DNA of 64,000 bases, taken from Amoebidium appalachense (lineage: Eukaryota > Protista > Ichthyosporea). The first letter of the stretch is position 1. Each line of letters begins with the position of its first letter. Location: positions 620,001 through 684,000 of the forward strand of contig CAVNZM010000008.1 in NCBI GenBank assembly GCA_963693365.1, given 5' to 3'. A program made the position numbers and the translations under genes. The notes under the pieces are model-generated. The model saw nothing but the letters and a program-made list of their open reading frames with translations, was not told the DNA's origin and did no database searches. Below, one piece after another: positions 13,848-28,553 of this stretch.

Positions 13848-15238
13848 ACAAACACACACACACACGAAACTCTCCTCCCCCGTCAAATCCTCCATTTACG
13901 AGCAAACGATCGGTAGATATCTATTTTCTACCCACCCTGGTATTGCTATCCGGGGGCAAGGTGGCGGTGGTTGTGGTGGTCCGCCCAGGGCGCGGGGGGG
14001 GGGGGGGGGGGGGGGGACATCGGGGCATTACTTCTTTCTGTTTTTATGCACCAAACGATCACTTTTGCGATATCTGTTCATTCTATCGGGTGGGCCACAT
14101 AGGTTCCCAGCACCGCATGGTGCTTGCTATGGGCATATCCTCCCTCCTTAAAATCTTGTCCCTCCTTCCTGGCTTCCTGTTGACAATTGGTCGTTTCCGA
14201 ACCCCAAACCCATGCAGGCAAATACCCGTTCAAAGAAACAACCAAAAAAAAAACAGGGACATATCCCCCTCCCCCCCCCCCCCCCCGCCTCCACTCGTCC
14301 CCCCCCCCCCCTCCCCACCATTACCCCACCCCCCACCCCACCTTTTTCCTCCCTACGCGTACTGCTTTATAAAGATGTCTACTATGGGAAGATGGGAAGC
14401 ACACCCATCCACAGGGTAGACATTACATATTCACCGTTTTCCCCACCAGGTTTGCAGCAGCACTTAGGGCAAATGGTGTGTCTGTGGGGGTGGTGTCGGT
14501 AGGCAGCACCCCTGCTTGTGCCACGGCAGCATCGTTTGGTGGCGTCACAGAAATACACCCGGGTAAGGGAAGAAGACAGCTAAGCATGCACACACACACA
14601 CGCGCGCCACACGCATGCCCACCTTTCACCCTAAATACCACCCTTTCCGTCTGCATTCGATTCTGTACACTGGATGCCTAGCCATTGCACTCGATACTGT
14701 ATACGGAATGCCTGTCCATTGCACTCGATGCTGAATGGTGAATGCCTATCCATTGCACTCGATACTGTATACTGAATAGCTATCCATTGCACCCGATACT
14801 TTATACTGAATGCCTACACATTGCATTCACTCGATACTGTATACTGAATGCCTGTCCGTTGCCCTCGATACTGTCCACTAATCACCTCCCCCCAGGCAAC
14901 TACATCCTCTATGACTGCCAGCAGGTCAGTTTTGGTGCCTGCGACCTAGATGACTGTGCGGGTGTAGTGCTGAGCACCATCATCAGCCACTACCCCGACA
15001 GAAGCAGAGCCATCATTGATGCCGGCGCATTTGCTCTCTCAAAGGACACCTGCATAAACGTACGTTCCAACCCCGCATCCCCTCCCCTCCTCTTCCCTCT
15101 CTCCCTGCCTCCTCCTTCCCTACCCCACTCCCCCTCCCCCCCCCCCCCCCCCCATCCCCTTCCACCGCCACCAACTGCCACAAAATCCGCACTCACATCA
15201 CCCAGAAGAGTCCTCACAATTCTTCGCGCATCACTCTT

Positions 15239-15310
<72 letters not shown>

Positions 15311-16533
15311 GAGATGGCTCTGCTTAACGTGCTTATGCTTTATGTGTGCTTTGCAATCTGCATTGTGTTGTCCGTCATTAAAGTGTATGCCGTCCACTGT
15401 AACACATTTTACCCCCCCCACCCTTTCCCCCCCCACCTTCCGGAATTCCCAACCATTGGCTCTGAGATATGTATGACATCCGAAGAAACCAAATAAATTC
15501 GTTCGACATAACTAACCAGTTGCAATGTAACAAGCACAAACAACGCGCATTAGAAAACACACAGCCCCTTGCCCCCCCCCCCCCTCTCCCTTCCCCCCCT
15601 CCCTATTCTCCTCTGCCAACGAGTTGCCAAGCACACACCAGCCGCTGACACGTACACACAAAACTAGGACATGCACGTGCTCACACGCACATGTTATATT
15701 GATTGCACGTGCTCACACGCACATGTTATATTGATTGCACGTGCTCACACGCACATGTTATATTGATTGCACGTGCTCACACGCACATGTTATATTGATT
15801 GCACGTGCTCACACGCACATGTTATATTGATTGCACGTGCACTGACACCCGCTTGCCAAATTAGGGCGAATTTGGTCACATCATCGGCCACCCCGACCTC
15901 AAGATTGTTGCTATTAGCCAGGTAGAGCTCCTCCTTCTCACCCCCCCCCCCCCCCCCCCCCCTCCCCCCCCCCCCCCCCCCCCCTTTATTTTTTTCCCGG
16001 GCATTCACACATCAATGCATGTGCTCCCCTCACGATCTGCAAAACCACATTTTCTCTTACATTTGTTCACTCCTCAACCACCACGTGTGATGTTGCTCCT
16101 TGTATGTTTGTATTACACGTTGTTCTTTGACCTATCACTCTTTTTCTCTCCCCCTATACCCTTATCACAAAAATACAAGTATCAATTACATCTTATGCCC
16201 TTCCGCCACCCCCCTCATCCCTCTTGCATCTCTCGTATCTGTGTCTCCCCTTCGATCCCCCCTCACCCCCCCAAATACACACACACACACACACCTGCAG
16301 CTGCCTGCCCGCCTCCCAGTTCCAGATCTTTGCCCCACCCCGGCACTAGTATGTGGGCACCGCATAGGTGCATCATACACCTGCTCAATCCCCCAACCAT
16401 AGCACACACAAACACGCCGAGATACAGACATGTACTGCCCATCTGCGAAAACACACACATTCTACTCGCCCATATTCTACCCAGACACATACCTCACACA
16501 CACTCACATGCCCCCCCCCCCCCCCCCCCCCCG

Positions 16534-16629
<96 letters not shown>

Positions 16630-16720
16630 CAAACACAAATACACATGCGCGCGTGTGCAACAAACACACACACACACACAAACACAAATACACATGCGCG
16701 CGCACACGCACACACACGCA

Positions 16721-16751
<31 letters not shown>

Positions 16752-16942
16752 AGGAGGGCATTGTCGAGTACGCAGGCAGTGGGGACCCTCAGGAGCATCT
16801 TTTTAAAGCGTTGCCCATCGGCTCAGTGGTTAAGGTGGTGCCCAACCATTCGTGTCTGGCGGCGGCAAACCATTTGGAGTGTGTGGTGATCGATGAGGAG
16901 GACAAAATCGTGGGGAGGTGGAAGAGGTGCCTGGGCTGGTGA
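8633..16942 (+). CDS. DSD1: D-serine dehydratase / D-threonine aldolase family, fold-III PLP and metal-dependent enzyme, 10 exons
   Basis: Exons 8633-8720, 10135-10181, 10919-11020, 11598-11733, 12657-12767, 13168-13270, 14450-14562, 14896-15059, 15865-15921 and 16751-16942 are all GT-AG and in frame. Motifs: TPAF..RN, RPHVKTH (PLP lysine), VSTLAEA, KVDCGYHRAG, YTHSGHAY, VGSTP, EIHPGNY..YD, DAGAFALSKD, PNHSC (Zn ligands). Confidence 0.93.
14660..14872. repeat. Intronic minisatellite, ~35-bp unit, ~6 copies
   Basis: Repeats of CATTGCACTCGATACTGTATACTGAATGCCT. Confidence 0.85.
15672..15842. repeat. Intronic minisatellite, 32-bp unit, 5 copies
   Basis: Perfect repeats of GCACGTGCTCACACGCACATGTTATATTGATT. 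Confidence 0.92.
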
Positions 16943-18193
16943 GACGCGTATATATGGAAAGCGAAATGTAATCTGGAGCCACTGGGGATTTCGCATATGG
17001 AAATTCATCTGAATATATTGAATGTGGCTAAATTCGAAGGTGTAGCAGATAAAGGCCGGTGTGTTTAACATCATATCGGCTGATTAGACCGCTGATACGG
17101 CCGTAAAGTGGTGCGGTCGTTCCTGCTGTGGTACGTGAAAGCCCAAGCTAGTTGTCTAAAGTATATTATTGTTGGTTGTAGTGGCTGCTATCTCATGTTT
17201 GCACCAGACTATTTGATTGAGAAAACAAATATTGTTAACTACGCTTTATACAAACATTAATACTGAGGCCCCAGGAAGTACCCCAGACGTATACAGTGTA
17301 TCTCGCCGGGCATGTGCCAGCTGCGTAGTCTCTTGCAGTCTGCCTCTTTTCTCGTTTCACACAACCACTGAATCCCCGAGGCCATTTATTTGTGGTTCAC
17401 TCACTTGCAATAGGTTATTACATTCCCCATCGCACATTATTATGATACTTGCACATGCAACCCCACACAACCACTTTCTGCATACACAATAAATGTAGCA
17501 GGCGCAGATATGATGACATCAGCGGTAGCTACCCATAAACATGAGGCCCAGACCATTTCTGAGGCCATGTGACCAGTTTGCCCTGTCCGTATCGAATGTA
17601 AATGTGCACATGGGACTAAGTCTTGTTGTTGGTTCTCTACCCGCAGGCGGTGTAGAAAAAGGCGTAGTAAAAAGACGGCAGAAGTGACAAAGCTTTAAGC
17701 TTGATTGCATAACCTGCCAGCTGGCACCTCACATCCATGTGCTCGGTTGATTCGTAGTATGTAATGTTAAAAGTTTGCTAAGTTATAATTATACTAGACC
17801 ACCATGGCCATGGAATGATGCCATGTAATTGTATGCATGTACATGTACAATGTAGTGCTTCCGGGAGCAAGTGCGTGGTTCGGCCACATGAACAGTCAAA
17901 CTTGCATGTGGTATGGTAAACCGGTGGACAAGTGGTGATCAAAAGACTACATAGTATTCCTACTTTTTTAGGCATTTCTTATATGTAAGCTGATACATAC
18001 ACACGTAAAAATAGACCTCTACATGTACATGCAAACGTATCGGACATCAGAGCCTATTGCCAATATTATGCAAGCTTGAGGCAGTTGCACTATGGGGAGA
18101 AAAAGGAAGACACACTCGGCCACGACGTCGTGCACCTACATACACCATGCACGCTGCCACAGCGCCCACCGAATTACGCGTATACGTGTGGGC

Positions 18194-18445
18194 TCAGTTC
18201 GGGGCCGGCTGGAACCTGACCGCAGCCATCAGCCTTGTTATCAGGTTGCCCGTGGCACTGCTTGTGTTCGGCACCGTCGAACCCTCCTCCCTGCGCGTCA
18301 GCTGTCTCCCAACACTCTCCCTCCTACTGTCCTTAGTAGCACGCTGGTCGCCGGTCAGCTGCAGACTGCCCACGGGGGAAGCTGTTGAGGAGAGGAGGAG
18401 CGAACAGACGATGACTAGGGCGAAGAGAAAAAAAGACCGCGCCAT
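18194..18445 (-). CDS. Small secreted protein / prepro-peptide (83 aa)
   Basis: Single ORF in repeat-free DNA. It has a clear signal peptide (MARSFFLFALVIVCSLLLSSTAS|PV), two RR dibasic sites and a TATAAG about 75 bp upstream on the minus strand. Confidence 0.6.
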   Translation of the reverse strand: MARSFFLFALVIVCSLLLSSTASPVGSLQLTGDQRATKDSRRESVGRQLTRREEGSTVPNTSSATGNLITRLMAAVRFQPAPN

Positions 18446-19852
18446 GGTGAAGTTGTGAGAGTGTTTAGGGTATCAATTGCGAGTTTGTGGCAGGCCACGT
18501 TTCAAAAACATGAAGCTTATAAAGAGCTCCGAAGAGAAATTCCAGGTGTCTGTCACTCTGAAGCCTTCACACTCAGGAATGCGCAGTGGTCAAATTAACG
18601 GAATATTTACTTAACATGGCTAATGTAAAGAGGATTCTATTGGGTTAAGTTAAATTGTCTTATCAGTTATTCAGGTCTAAAATTATACCAATCATGGGGC
18701 CCAGTTTTTTCTATGGAGGCTCGAGGTGGATGCAATATTCGACATACTCGTTTCTAATCACTTTTTCTGCGTGTACCGCTCTTTTACTCACACCTCTCAT
18801 GATACTGTAGTAATATCCGCGCGCACGTACACTGTATATGCCACAGACCTTATGCATGGTACGACATTGTAGATCACCTCGTTCTATCTTCCGAACGATG
18901 GGTGAAAGAAATAGACCCTTGCGCTCTACATTTATAACGATACGATTAGATAAGAATTTACCAGCCGACCGTTACTCTTAACCGTGATCGATGGTCTCAT
19001 GATATGCATCATAGATGTGACATCGTATAGGTATGTCCGACTGTATATATTTATCGTAGGCCTACTTATCGGTATTTATCGTTCGCTATATCCGTGATGC
19101 TTAGGCCTATATTTCAATTTTCTGTCCTTCCGCTTTGTGCTTTGAATCTTTGAGGACTTTGACTGCCGTGTGAATTGGGTCGCTTGCCTTTTTTGGTAAC
19201 GGTAGCCTCGTCATTGGCCATGACAAAAGGCATGTAAACATTTGCAAATTTACCTTGCTCTCTCAGCTCAGTCAGCTACCCAGCAAGCAGAGTGCTGGTA
19301 GTATTTAAGTATCTTTTATGTTATACATATTTAGAGCAATAATAAAAAAAAAATTCCTTTTCCACATTATAAACATCTCAATCAGCGGCTCTGATTAACT
19401 GTGTAATTACCCTTGGTTGATGGGCAGAGTTGGGATCTTTTTACAACCCTCCAAAGAATGTTAACGACTCCCCCAAAACCGGCGAATCAACAGGCGCGGC
19501 CAGTTTACACACTTTGCAAACAGCAGGCAGATGACCGAACTTTCATTCGGATCAACTCTTCGTTCCACCACTGGCTTCATATATATTTGTAGTTATCTTT
19601 CACTTCCACTAGCAGCTTCTGGGCACCACCGACACCTATCTAGTTATCCTAATATATTCTCCCCTTGGCTGATAACCTCGAACACCCCAGGTCCTACTAA
19701 AGCCAGTCACGTACGTGAGGCTATTAAAGCACGGCATCACCTAGAACGGTCCCCACCAGACAGTTCATGTAAATCCTTGTAACTGAGATCTGGTTACACA
19801 GAAACCCAATACATATTACAGGGTCTTTCCGCGCAGCTTCAACAACAACAAC

Positions 19853-21180
19853 ATGGCAGACGAGAATTTACCTGGTGAGTTTTGCAATCCGTACCCTCCT
19901 GTCCCACTAGACCATTATGTTCGACTGATTCTGTATCATAACGGTTTGCCGGCGCGTCCAGGGCTTACGAGTTTGGCGGGCAGTTATTTGGATAGGTGCA
20001 CGCACACACAAACAAGCACATAGGCGTGCACTGCAACACCCACAGGGGTGCAACTGGTAACCCCCCCCCCCCCCCCCCCTCCCCCTCCTCCCCCCCGGCT
20101 CCGGTATGCACACATGCCCGCAAACGATTATGAGCGGGAAAGGCTTGAATGCCTGCCTGTAGAAACGCCAAATGCACATCCCCTTACAGCAGCACACTGA
20201 CCCTTCCCTTTTCCTACTGCATAATGTCACTTGTACTTGCTTCCATGTTCTTCTTTGTGTATCCTTGCATCGTGTTGTACTGTATTTTATCCTCTGTTTT
20301 TCTCTTATAACTCACCAAACACGGCACCCTACACTCGTATCCTTCATCTCAGACGTTTTTCGCATTATTCTGCAGTTTTGGCATTCCCGGCCCTTTACTC
20401 AAAACCCCCCCCCCTCCCTCCCCTCCTACCCCATCGCGTTACCTCACTTCGACAAATCTTCTTCTTCTTCCCCCACGGTATTGCTGCTTTTGTATTTGCG
20501 CTGTGATCTTCTCATTGTGCCCCTTTCACGCTCTTGAACCAATTCACCAGCCCGCCCCGCGCCCCCCCCCCCCCCTCCCCCCGGTCTCCCTCCCCCTCCC
20601 CTCCCCTAATCGCTCATCCTTACGGGGAGCCACCCGAACAACACCACCCCTCCACCACATTCGTTATTCTCACTGTCCTCTTTACAACCTGTGTTCCCTT
20701 CCCATGCACCTTTCCATTTGAATCCCCCCCCTCCCCCCTCGCCCCCCCTTCTCGGGCTCCCTTTCATCAAGCTTTCTTGGGCTTGCCTCCCTGCCCCGCC
20801 CGAACACCATGCTCTTCTCTGTGTGCGCTTGACTGAGACCTCTGCATCCATTCTTCGTTCGCCCCCCCCCCCCCCCCCCCAATCCTTTCTCCCGCCTCCC
20901 CCTCTGCATCCATTCTTCGTTCGCCCCCCCCCCCTCCCCCCCCCCCCCCCCCCAATCCTTTCTCCCGCCTCCCCCCTCCCCCCTTCCTTCTCCCTCCCCC
21001 TTCCCCTCTCACCCACCCCCTTCCTCCCCCCCCTCTTCCCCCCCTTCCACCCCCCCCCCTTCCCCTGTGCCCCCTTCTTCCCCCACATTTTCTCTTGCCC
21101 CTGTGTCATATGACCTGTAAGCATTCCGATAACCCCCCTCCCCCCTCCCTTCCTCCCCCTCCCCCTCTCCTCCCTCCTCC

Positions 21181-21211
<31 letters not shown>

Positions 21212-22578
21212 TGGGGCCCACAGGTGCACCACAGGACCGGTTTTGGCTCCTTCGGTCGTCGTTTGTGCTGCAGGCAGTGGGCATGCTGCTGCCCTGGAAT
21301 GCATTTATTACCATCTACAACTATTGGGGATATAAGCTGGAGGGGTCCCAGTTCTATGGCAACTATATGAACTACTTCACGTTTGTCAACACCGCATTCC
21401 TCTTCTTTGCTTCTATTTTCTTCTCCCGCACACAGCACATGATCTCCCTGCACACACGTGTGCTGGTGCCCCTGGCCGTGAACGTGCTTCTCTTCACCCT
21501 GTGCCTGGCGCTTGTTTTCATCGACAGCGTACAAGGGGACCTATTCTTCTACATCACCATCACTATTGTTGCACTATGTGCCGTGTGCATTGGTTTCCAG
21601 CAACCGGGCATCTACAGCATTTCATCTTTCCTTCCAAACATATACACACTGTTTACCGTCCAGGGAGAGGCGTGGGGTGGTCTGTTGGTGTCGGTGGTTA
21701 ACGTGGTGACTATCGTGGCAAGTACGAGCACACCAGATGCGGCAAAGGCCTTTTTTGGTATGTCCGTAGCTGTGATGGCGCTTGCATTTCTTAACTACTT
21801 TTTCATCATGAATTCCCCCGTCTTTAAGTTTTGGTATAGGCACCATATGATGGAGTCTACCGACCAATCAAATCCGCAGTTAAGCGAGGCGCAGATGGTT
21901 TCTAACGAATCAGAAAAGGGATACCAGAAGGAATCCGGTGAGTTGGCACGGGCAGGCGATTACGTTCCCGATTTGGACGAGAGTAACGTGGATTGGGCAA
22001 CATATATGCGTATTTTCTGGACCGTTTTCCCACTTGGATTTGCGATTTTCTACAATTTCGTGGTCACTCTCGCCATCTTCCCGGTTGTGCCGATGAACAT
22101 TGCACCCCTTACCAGCCCAACGGTATCACGGTTCTTTGGTGATCTGTGGGTGCCCGTGTACTGCTATGTTTTCTTCAACGTGGGGGACCTTCTGGCACGG
22201 GTGGTGGGTCCATACATGATTCTGCCCAAACGCTGGGTGCTTCCGTTTTCCATTCTCCGCACGGTGTTTTTCCCATTTTTCATGCTGTGCAATGTGACGT
22301 GCTGGGACGTGGAACAGAGTCAATACATCCCGTCGCTTCTTCCAAAGGTGTTCATGAATGACGCGTGGCCAATTGTATTCATTTTCCTGCTCTCGATCAC
22401 CAATGGGGTGACGTATCAGATGGCCATGAACTATGTGCCCGATTCGGTTAAGGGGCATGAGCGCCCGGTGGCAAATGCGATCTGCCAATCAATGATGATC
22501 TTTGGGTTTGCGATCGGAAGTTTGGCGTCGTTTGGCGTTAAGGCTATCAACTGCCCGGGCAACCCTTTCGCCTCTTAA
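19853..22578 (+). CDS. Equilibrative nucleoside transporter (SLC29/ENT family), 2 exons
   Basis: Exon 19853-19874 (MADENLP, GTGAGT donor) joins 21224-22578 in phase 1, giving GAPQDRFW...GMLLPWNAFIT. There are about 11 hydrophobic segments and the family motifs VTLAIFP, FNVGDLLAR and SITNG. Confidence 0.93.
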
Positions 22579-23432
22579 TTTTACTTAGTTTATAAAAATT
22601 AGTTCAGTAACCGGGATTTTTCATTTTCCCGGTTACTAAGTTGTTGGAATAGCCATTATTATGCTTGTTTATATTTGTAGCACAGAGAACCCAGCGGTAT
22701 AATATTTAGTAAGGGCCTTATGATTAGTACAGGGATGCCACTGTGTCAATAGTATGTTCGTTTGCTAATTAGCTATAATAATTACAGGGCTGTCGCTTTG
22801 TTTAGCTGCGGTAATAGAATTACAACCCTGTTTTTTCCCCCCTTCTCTTCGTGTTAGAAATCATGTTCTAAAATTGAGTGGCCTCTGGACTCCCTGCTAG
22901 CCAATCGTTAGTAGGGTTAAAACTTGTTGTTGCACTGATGTGTGGTAGACCGGTCTGGCTGGCCCAGACTGCCCAATATTGAATTTTATGATTAAAATTC
23001 ATTGGCTGTCCTATACCCATAAATATCCATAATTGATCGTGCATTTATATTGCATCATACTTACATGGTGGTTGTAGTCCTATATGGGCCTAGGGCTGCA
23101 CTAATAAATAGATTGATGGATGAAAAACGTTAAGCTGTATTCTTAATGCTTTTATTCAAGATCTGATGGATTTATAGATTTAGGGGACACTCCTATATGT
23201 AAATTTGGGTGACTAATGTAAGAGTATTGTGGAATTTACGGATCAAGATAAATATCATTAGGGGGAATGTGCTGTTTGTAAACGACATGTAGGTGAGCTG
23301 TGATGAGTTGTCGGCACCAAGGTACGGTACTTCCACCCAACAAGATATACGTGTAATTAAATCGGTGTTCAAACTTACATCATACAAATTTTAAGTGGAG
23401 ATATAACGTTCAAATAGACATCATATGTGGAT

Positions 23433-23463
<31 letters not shown>

Positions 23464-24590
23464 TTATTTTTTTTTTCTTGGCTTGTTTGGTTTTTTGTTT
23501 TGTGTTCAAGCACACCTTAATTCGTATTCTGAGACTGTATTACATTTTTGTCCAGATAATTCATACACTTTTGGAACAGTAGAAACTCGCCAGAGTTGAT
23601 TATGAAATCAAGGACTGTGAAGTTCGGTAGGTCTTTCGCTGTGTCATGTGTATGGGCCCGGGTAAACCGAGTGTGTTTGTCTGAAGAAGTAAAGGTTGAG
23701 AGCAAAACACATTTTGGGGGGCATGTTCGTTTAAATTGGCGTGGTGTGTTGTTTGGTGTAGGGCATACATATCTGAAAACTTTGTATTTGTGACATCTCC
23801 ACTGTAAAGCCTTCACACAGTCAGAAAACGGCAACTCATATACAAACTGGTCTATTAGAGATTTACCCACACGCTCATTATTATACATATACACATGGGG
23901 AGCAATTCCCTACCCTTTTCATATTCATACGCTGTTCTGAACGATAATTATACAGGAAACGATCTACTAAACACGGGCCCGGTAAGTGCAGCTGTCATCT
24001 GGTCTATCTTCACGCCACGCAAAGTACTCTTTCATAATCGAGAGGGATTGGTATTGGGGGAAAAGGGTGTGTGTGGATTGGGATTGAAGGGGAGGAGAGG
24101 GGGGAAGAGCAGAGGGGGAGAGTACGAGATTCAGAGAGAGAGAAAAGAGGATAGGACGGGGATGTGGCTTTGAGGCCCAACAAATGTCAATGAAACTTAA
24201 GCGCGAGGGGAGTATCAATAATCAATAGTGCCATTTTCTTGCCGAAATTTCAGAAAATAAACCTCACCGAACCCGGTGGATTCGATTTCAGACACACGGG
24301 TGGCAAAGGGGTGGTGGTGGTGGAGGTTTGGTGGGGGGGGGGGGGGGGGGGGGGCACACACAGCCAGGAAGAGTAGCGAGTTGACAGTACTAGTGATGAT
24401 GTGTTTTGTTGGCTCCTAGCCCGGGGGGAAAAGTTCAATGCAACCATTGCGGGTATGTATGGCCACCACTCTTGTTGGGTTCCCCTAAGAGCTGCTCCAA
24501 TTTGCACACGCACGCATGAGATTTCTTGGAGAAAAACGAACGAACGAAGGTAGAAGAAAGAAAATTTTGGGCTGAGTTGGGTGGACCGAT

Positions 24591-24622
<32 letters not shown>

Positions 24623-24831
24623 TATGTAATACTATGATTATGTGTGTGACAGAGTGCACGTGTGTGACTGTGTGTACTGTTTGGGGGGGGGGGAAGGGGG
24701 GGGGGGGGACGGGGCCCCGGGCCGGGGGGAAGGGGGGGGGGGAGAGGGGGTGGCGAAGTTTGGGGTGGTGAGGTGGGTGGGGGGGGGGAGGGGGGGGGGG
24801 GAGGGGGGGGGGGGGGGGGGGGGGGGAAGGG

Positions 24832-24862
<31 letters not shown>

Positions 24863-25103
24863 AAGAAGAGAGATCTCGAGAGAGAAGGGGGGGAGGGGGG
24901 GGCAACCAAATGGGACGTCAGTTTTCAAGACTGTACCCTTCATCATTTCAATTCAAAAATATTAAATGTACCGTGGGCGTATGGGCACATGTATGACGTG
25001 AAATGTGCACGCACAAAAAGATGGGCCAGGCGTTTGCGCACACAAGCAGTGTAACTAGCGCATGTACACATCGCCTACTAGAGACACAAACACAAAAAAT
25101 GCA

Positions 25104-25214
<111 letters not shown>

Positions 25215-25299
25215 CGTACACGCACAGGCAAGCACAGCACTGGTGTGCGCCTACACACACGAACGCACACACACACACACACACACACATACACGCACA

Positions 25300-25392
<93 letters not shown>

Positions 25393-25710
25393 GAAAGCAA
25401 GGAAGAAGAAGAATAAGAAAACACTTTGATCAAGTTGAATCCCATAACAGGTACTACTAGGACCGAGTCCCGGGGGCCCGGCAAGGCCCATTGTCTTGAG
25501 TAATAGGTGATAAACTCATTTCAAGTACAGGATGGGTGGAAAACTATACGTAGCCTATGATATTTACTCGAGCAGCCTGCAGTTATAGCTGCTGCCTGGG
25601 TGCACGTGCCGGCCTTGCATTACACGGTATTTGCTAGTCTGAGGTGAAATTATCAGTGTGTGTGTGTGTGTGTGTGTGTGTGCATTTGTGTGCAGTGTGT
25701 GTGTGCACGT

Positions 25711-25758
<48 letters not shown>

Positions 25759-26623
25759 GGAGGTAGGAAAGAGGGTTGGGAGGTTATATATCACAGATCT
25801 AGAAGGCAAGCCTTTTACAATATTCAAAATGTGGATCATCATCATGATATTGAGACTGGGCATTCCCTGCTGATAAGCCGCCCATCGAATACGATGTTTA
25901 TTTGACTCGGTAGTATGCATAGTATTGCAAATTTCCGACATACGCTTTATTTCTGCATGATTTTACACAGTAACTTAGTAGTACATTGTCAAAAACAACG
26001 AAAACAATGATAAAGATTCGGCCAGTCAATTCCCCATGCATACAATGCATGGTTAAATTTTATTCTCTATGGCATCATCAATAGCAAGGGGCATAGGTTT
26101 GTGGCCCACAAGCTCTAATTAGGTACACTAGAATCCATAAAGTAAGCCGTGTACTCATACTGTCGAGCATAGCAAGCCCATTAGAATATTTAGGGCCATA
26201 AGCACACATAAGACTATCTGGCACTGAGCACATACCTGCTCCAAATCATACATACTTTCGCATACTGTAACATCAACATTGCAGCAAACATCCCCCCCCC
26301 CCCCCCCCCCCCCCCTCTCACTTATCCACCCACCCACCCAACCACCTGCACAGACCCCAATGCTAAAAACAGCAATTTGAAAAGATACTTCGCAAATTTT
26401 AACGACATTTAAAACTTTTTAGTCAGATAAAAGTCGACGGACGGCAAAAGAAAACTTGCAGTCTAGCAATAAGAAAGCCAGACTCCTTCAATTATCAACA
26501 CATACATGCACGTGTTGCCATGATTAAAGACACCTTTCTATGTGGGCCTGATCACAGAAACCAACACATCATTATTGCACTAAGTTAAAGACACCAACAC
26601 ATACATACCATTATACCAATTCA

Positions 26624-28495
26624 TCATTTGGTGCCACCGCCATGCACACTCACACTTTCATACGACTTAAAAGATTTACCACACCGCGTCGACCTAAACA
26701 CAATATTATCGACCAGATTACCTACCCCCTGGTTATTTCCGGCCGCATATGCCTGCAGGGCCACTCTCGTGACCGTCTGGCCCTCAGGCACAGTGTAGGT
26801 GGCCACAATTAGCCTCCATGCCCCCGTGGTTGTTGCATAGGTGCCCAGGGTCACCATGTTGTTGATGCTGGACCCTGCACCCGGTGAGCCCACTAGGGCC
26901 GCTACTGTCTCGGTGGTGATGCGACCACGGTGGTAGAAGGAGAGCTGCATGCTGTCACCTGGTACGGTACGGACGTCTTGCCATACCTGCGAGAAAAGTG
27001 TGTGTCAGCGGAGATGAACATGTGGGTTGTATCTTTGTGTGTGTGTGTGTGTTTGGTGTTTGGCTGTTTGAAAAATGGAGGGTTGGGGGGGGGGGGGGGG
27101 GGGGGGGGGTAGGGGGGATGGAGTCCTGTATCTAAGTTTTGCCTAGTACTTCAATGTGTGTGAGCCGCTGCCTAAACATAACATTGTGTGGTCTCCATGC
27201 GCATAGTGTGCATGGTGTGTTCTGTACTTGCATGTGTGCATGTGTTCCTGCACGTGTGTTTGCTAGGAGTGCACTGTGGTTACGTACCAGTGCTGGCTTC
27301 GTACCCTGGAGCTCAATAAACTGCCGGCCGCTGGGTGCCGTGATGCCCTGAAACCCACTCTGCCAGATTTCAAACCCCATGTCCGTCGACTGCCAGGGGG
27401 CCATATCCACCAATGGCACCATCCTAAATGGGTGGCTGATGGTGGGGGACTCAAAGTCTCCATTTTGAAGCGCACTCGTGGGGTCAGAACATGACAGGCA
27501 CGTACGCCCATCCCCGTAGTACCCCGTGCCGCACGTGCACGTGTAGCTGCCCTCCGTGTCCGTGCACACCCCCCCTGTGGGTGCGCACGTGTGGCTGGTA
27601 GACGCGCATTCGTTGATGTTCTGGCATGTTCTGCCGTCACCCGTGTAACCCGCATTGCACGTGCATGCAAAGCTGCTGGGCGTGTCCATGCACGTGGCCT
27701 GTGGGCTGCACAGGGCCCCAGCACCCACACTGCATTCGTCGTAGGGTTGGCAGCGCCCATCCACGGGCCGGTACCCGGGATCACACAGGCAGTGGGACCG
27801 GCCCGGCTCGTTAATGCACGTGGCATGCTCCCCACAGCGGTTGGGCTGCACGGCACACTCGTCGATGTCTGGGAAAGGAAGAGGGTTAGAACGCAATACA
27901 AGGCACCACGGCAACAGGAGTGAGCAACAAAACAACAACAATAATACTAATCAGTAATAATAACAATTATATTAGTAATTCCCCTAAATATAAACAACAA
28001 TAAAAAACAGGACGCCAGTGTGCATGGCAGCTGGCATTCACAACAGGGCAGGGTAAGTAAGTACCTGTGCAGACGATACCGTTGCCGGTGTACCCCTGCA
28101 CACACGTGCATGTGTAGGTGGAGCCTGGGCCGCTGTCTGTGCACGTGGCATTCACGTGGCAGGGGTTGCTGGTGCACGGTGGCGCAAGGGCTGTGTGGGA
28201 ATACGATTAGCACCCATGCAGAGCACGTGTAGATCACTTCTAGGACCATATAGCAAGCACACTAACCACCAATCGGGGGCTTGAGTGTGTAGCATTAGTA
28301 TGCGATTGTGCATATATGCAAGAGATACGGGAGTTACGTGACGAAGAGGAACATTTTGAAGCACGATGGAATGTGGGGGGGGGGGGGGGGGGGGGGGGAA
28401 GAAAGAATGTGTTACAGATTACAAATTATGCACAATCATGACCAACATCAAAAATGCAGATTAGGCAAATAAGGAGCAAACAAAGGGAGAGGGAG

Positions 28496-28553
<58 letters not shown>

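Noticed and set aside
19910-19995. Possible extra ENT exon
   Set aside because: Exon 1 already splices in frame to 21224 giving a canonical ENT N-terminus, and this segment would break the phase.
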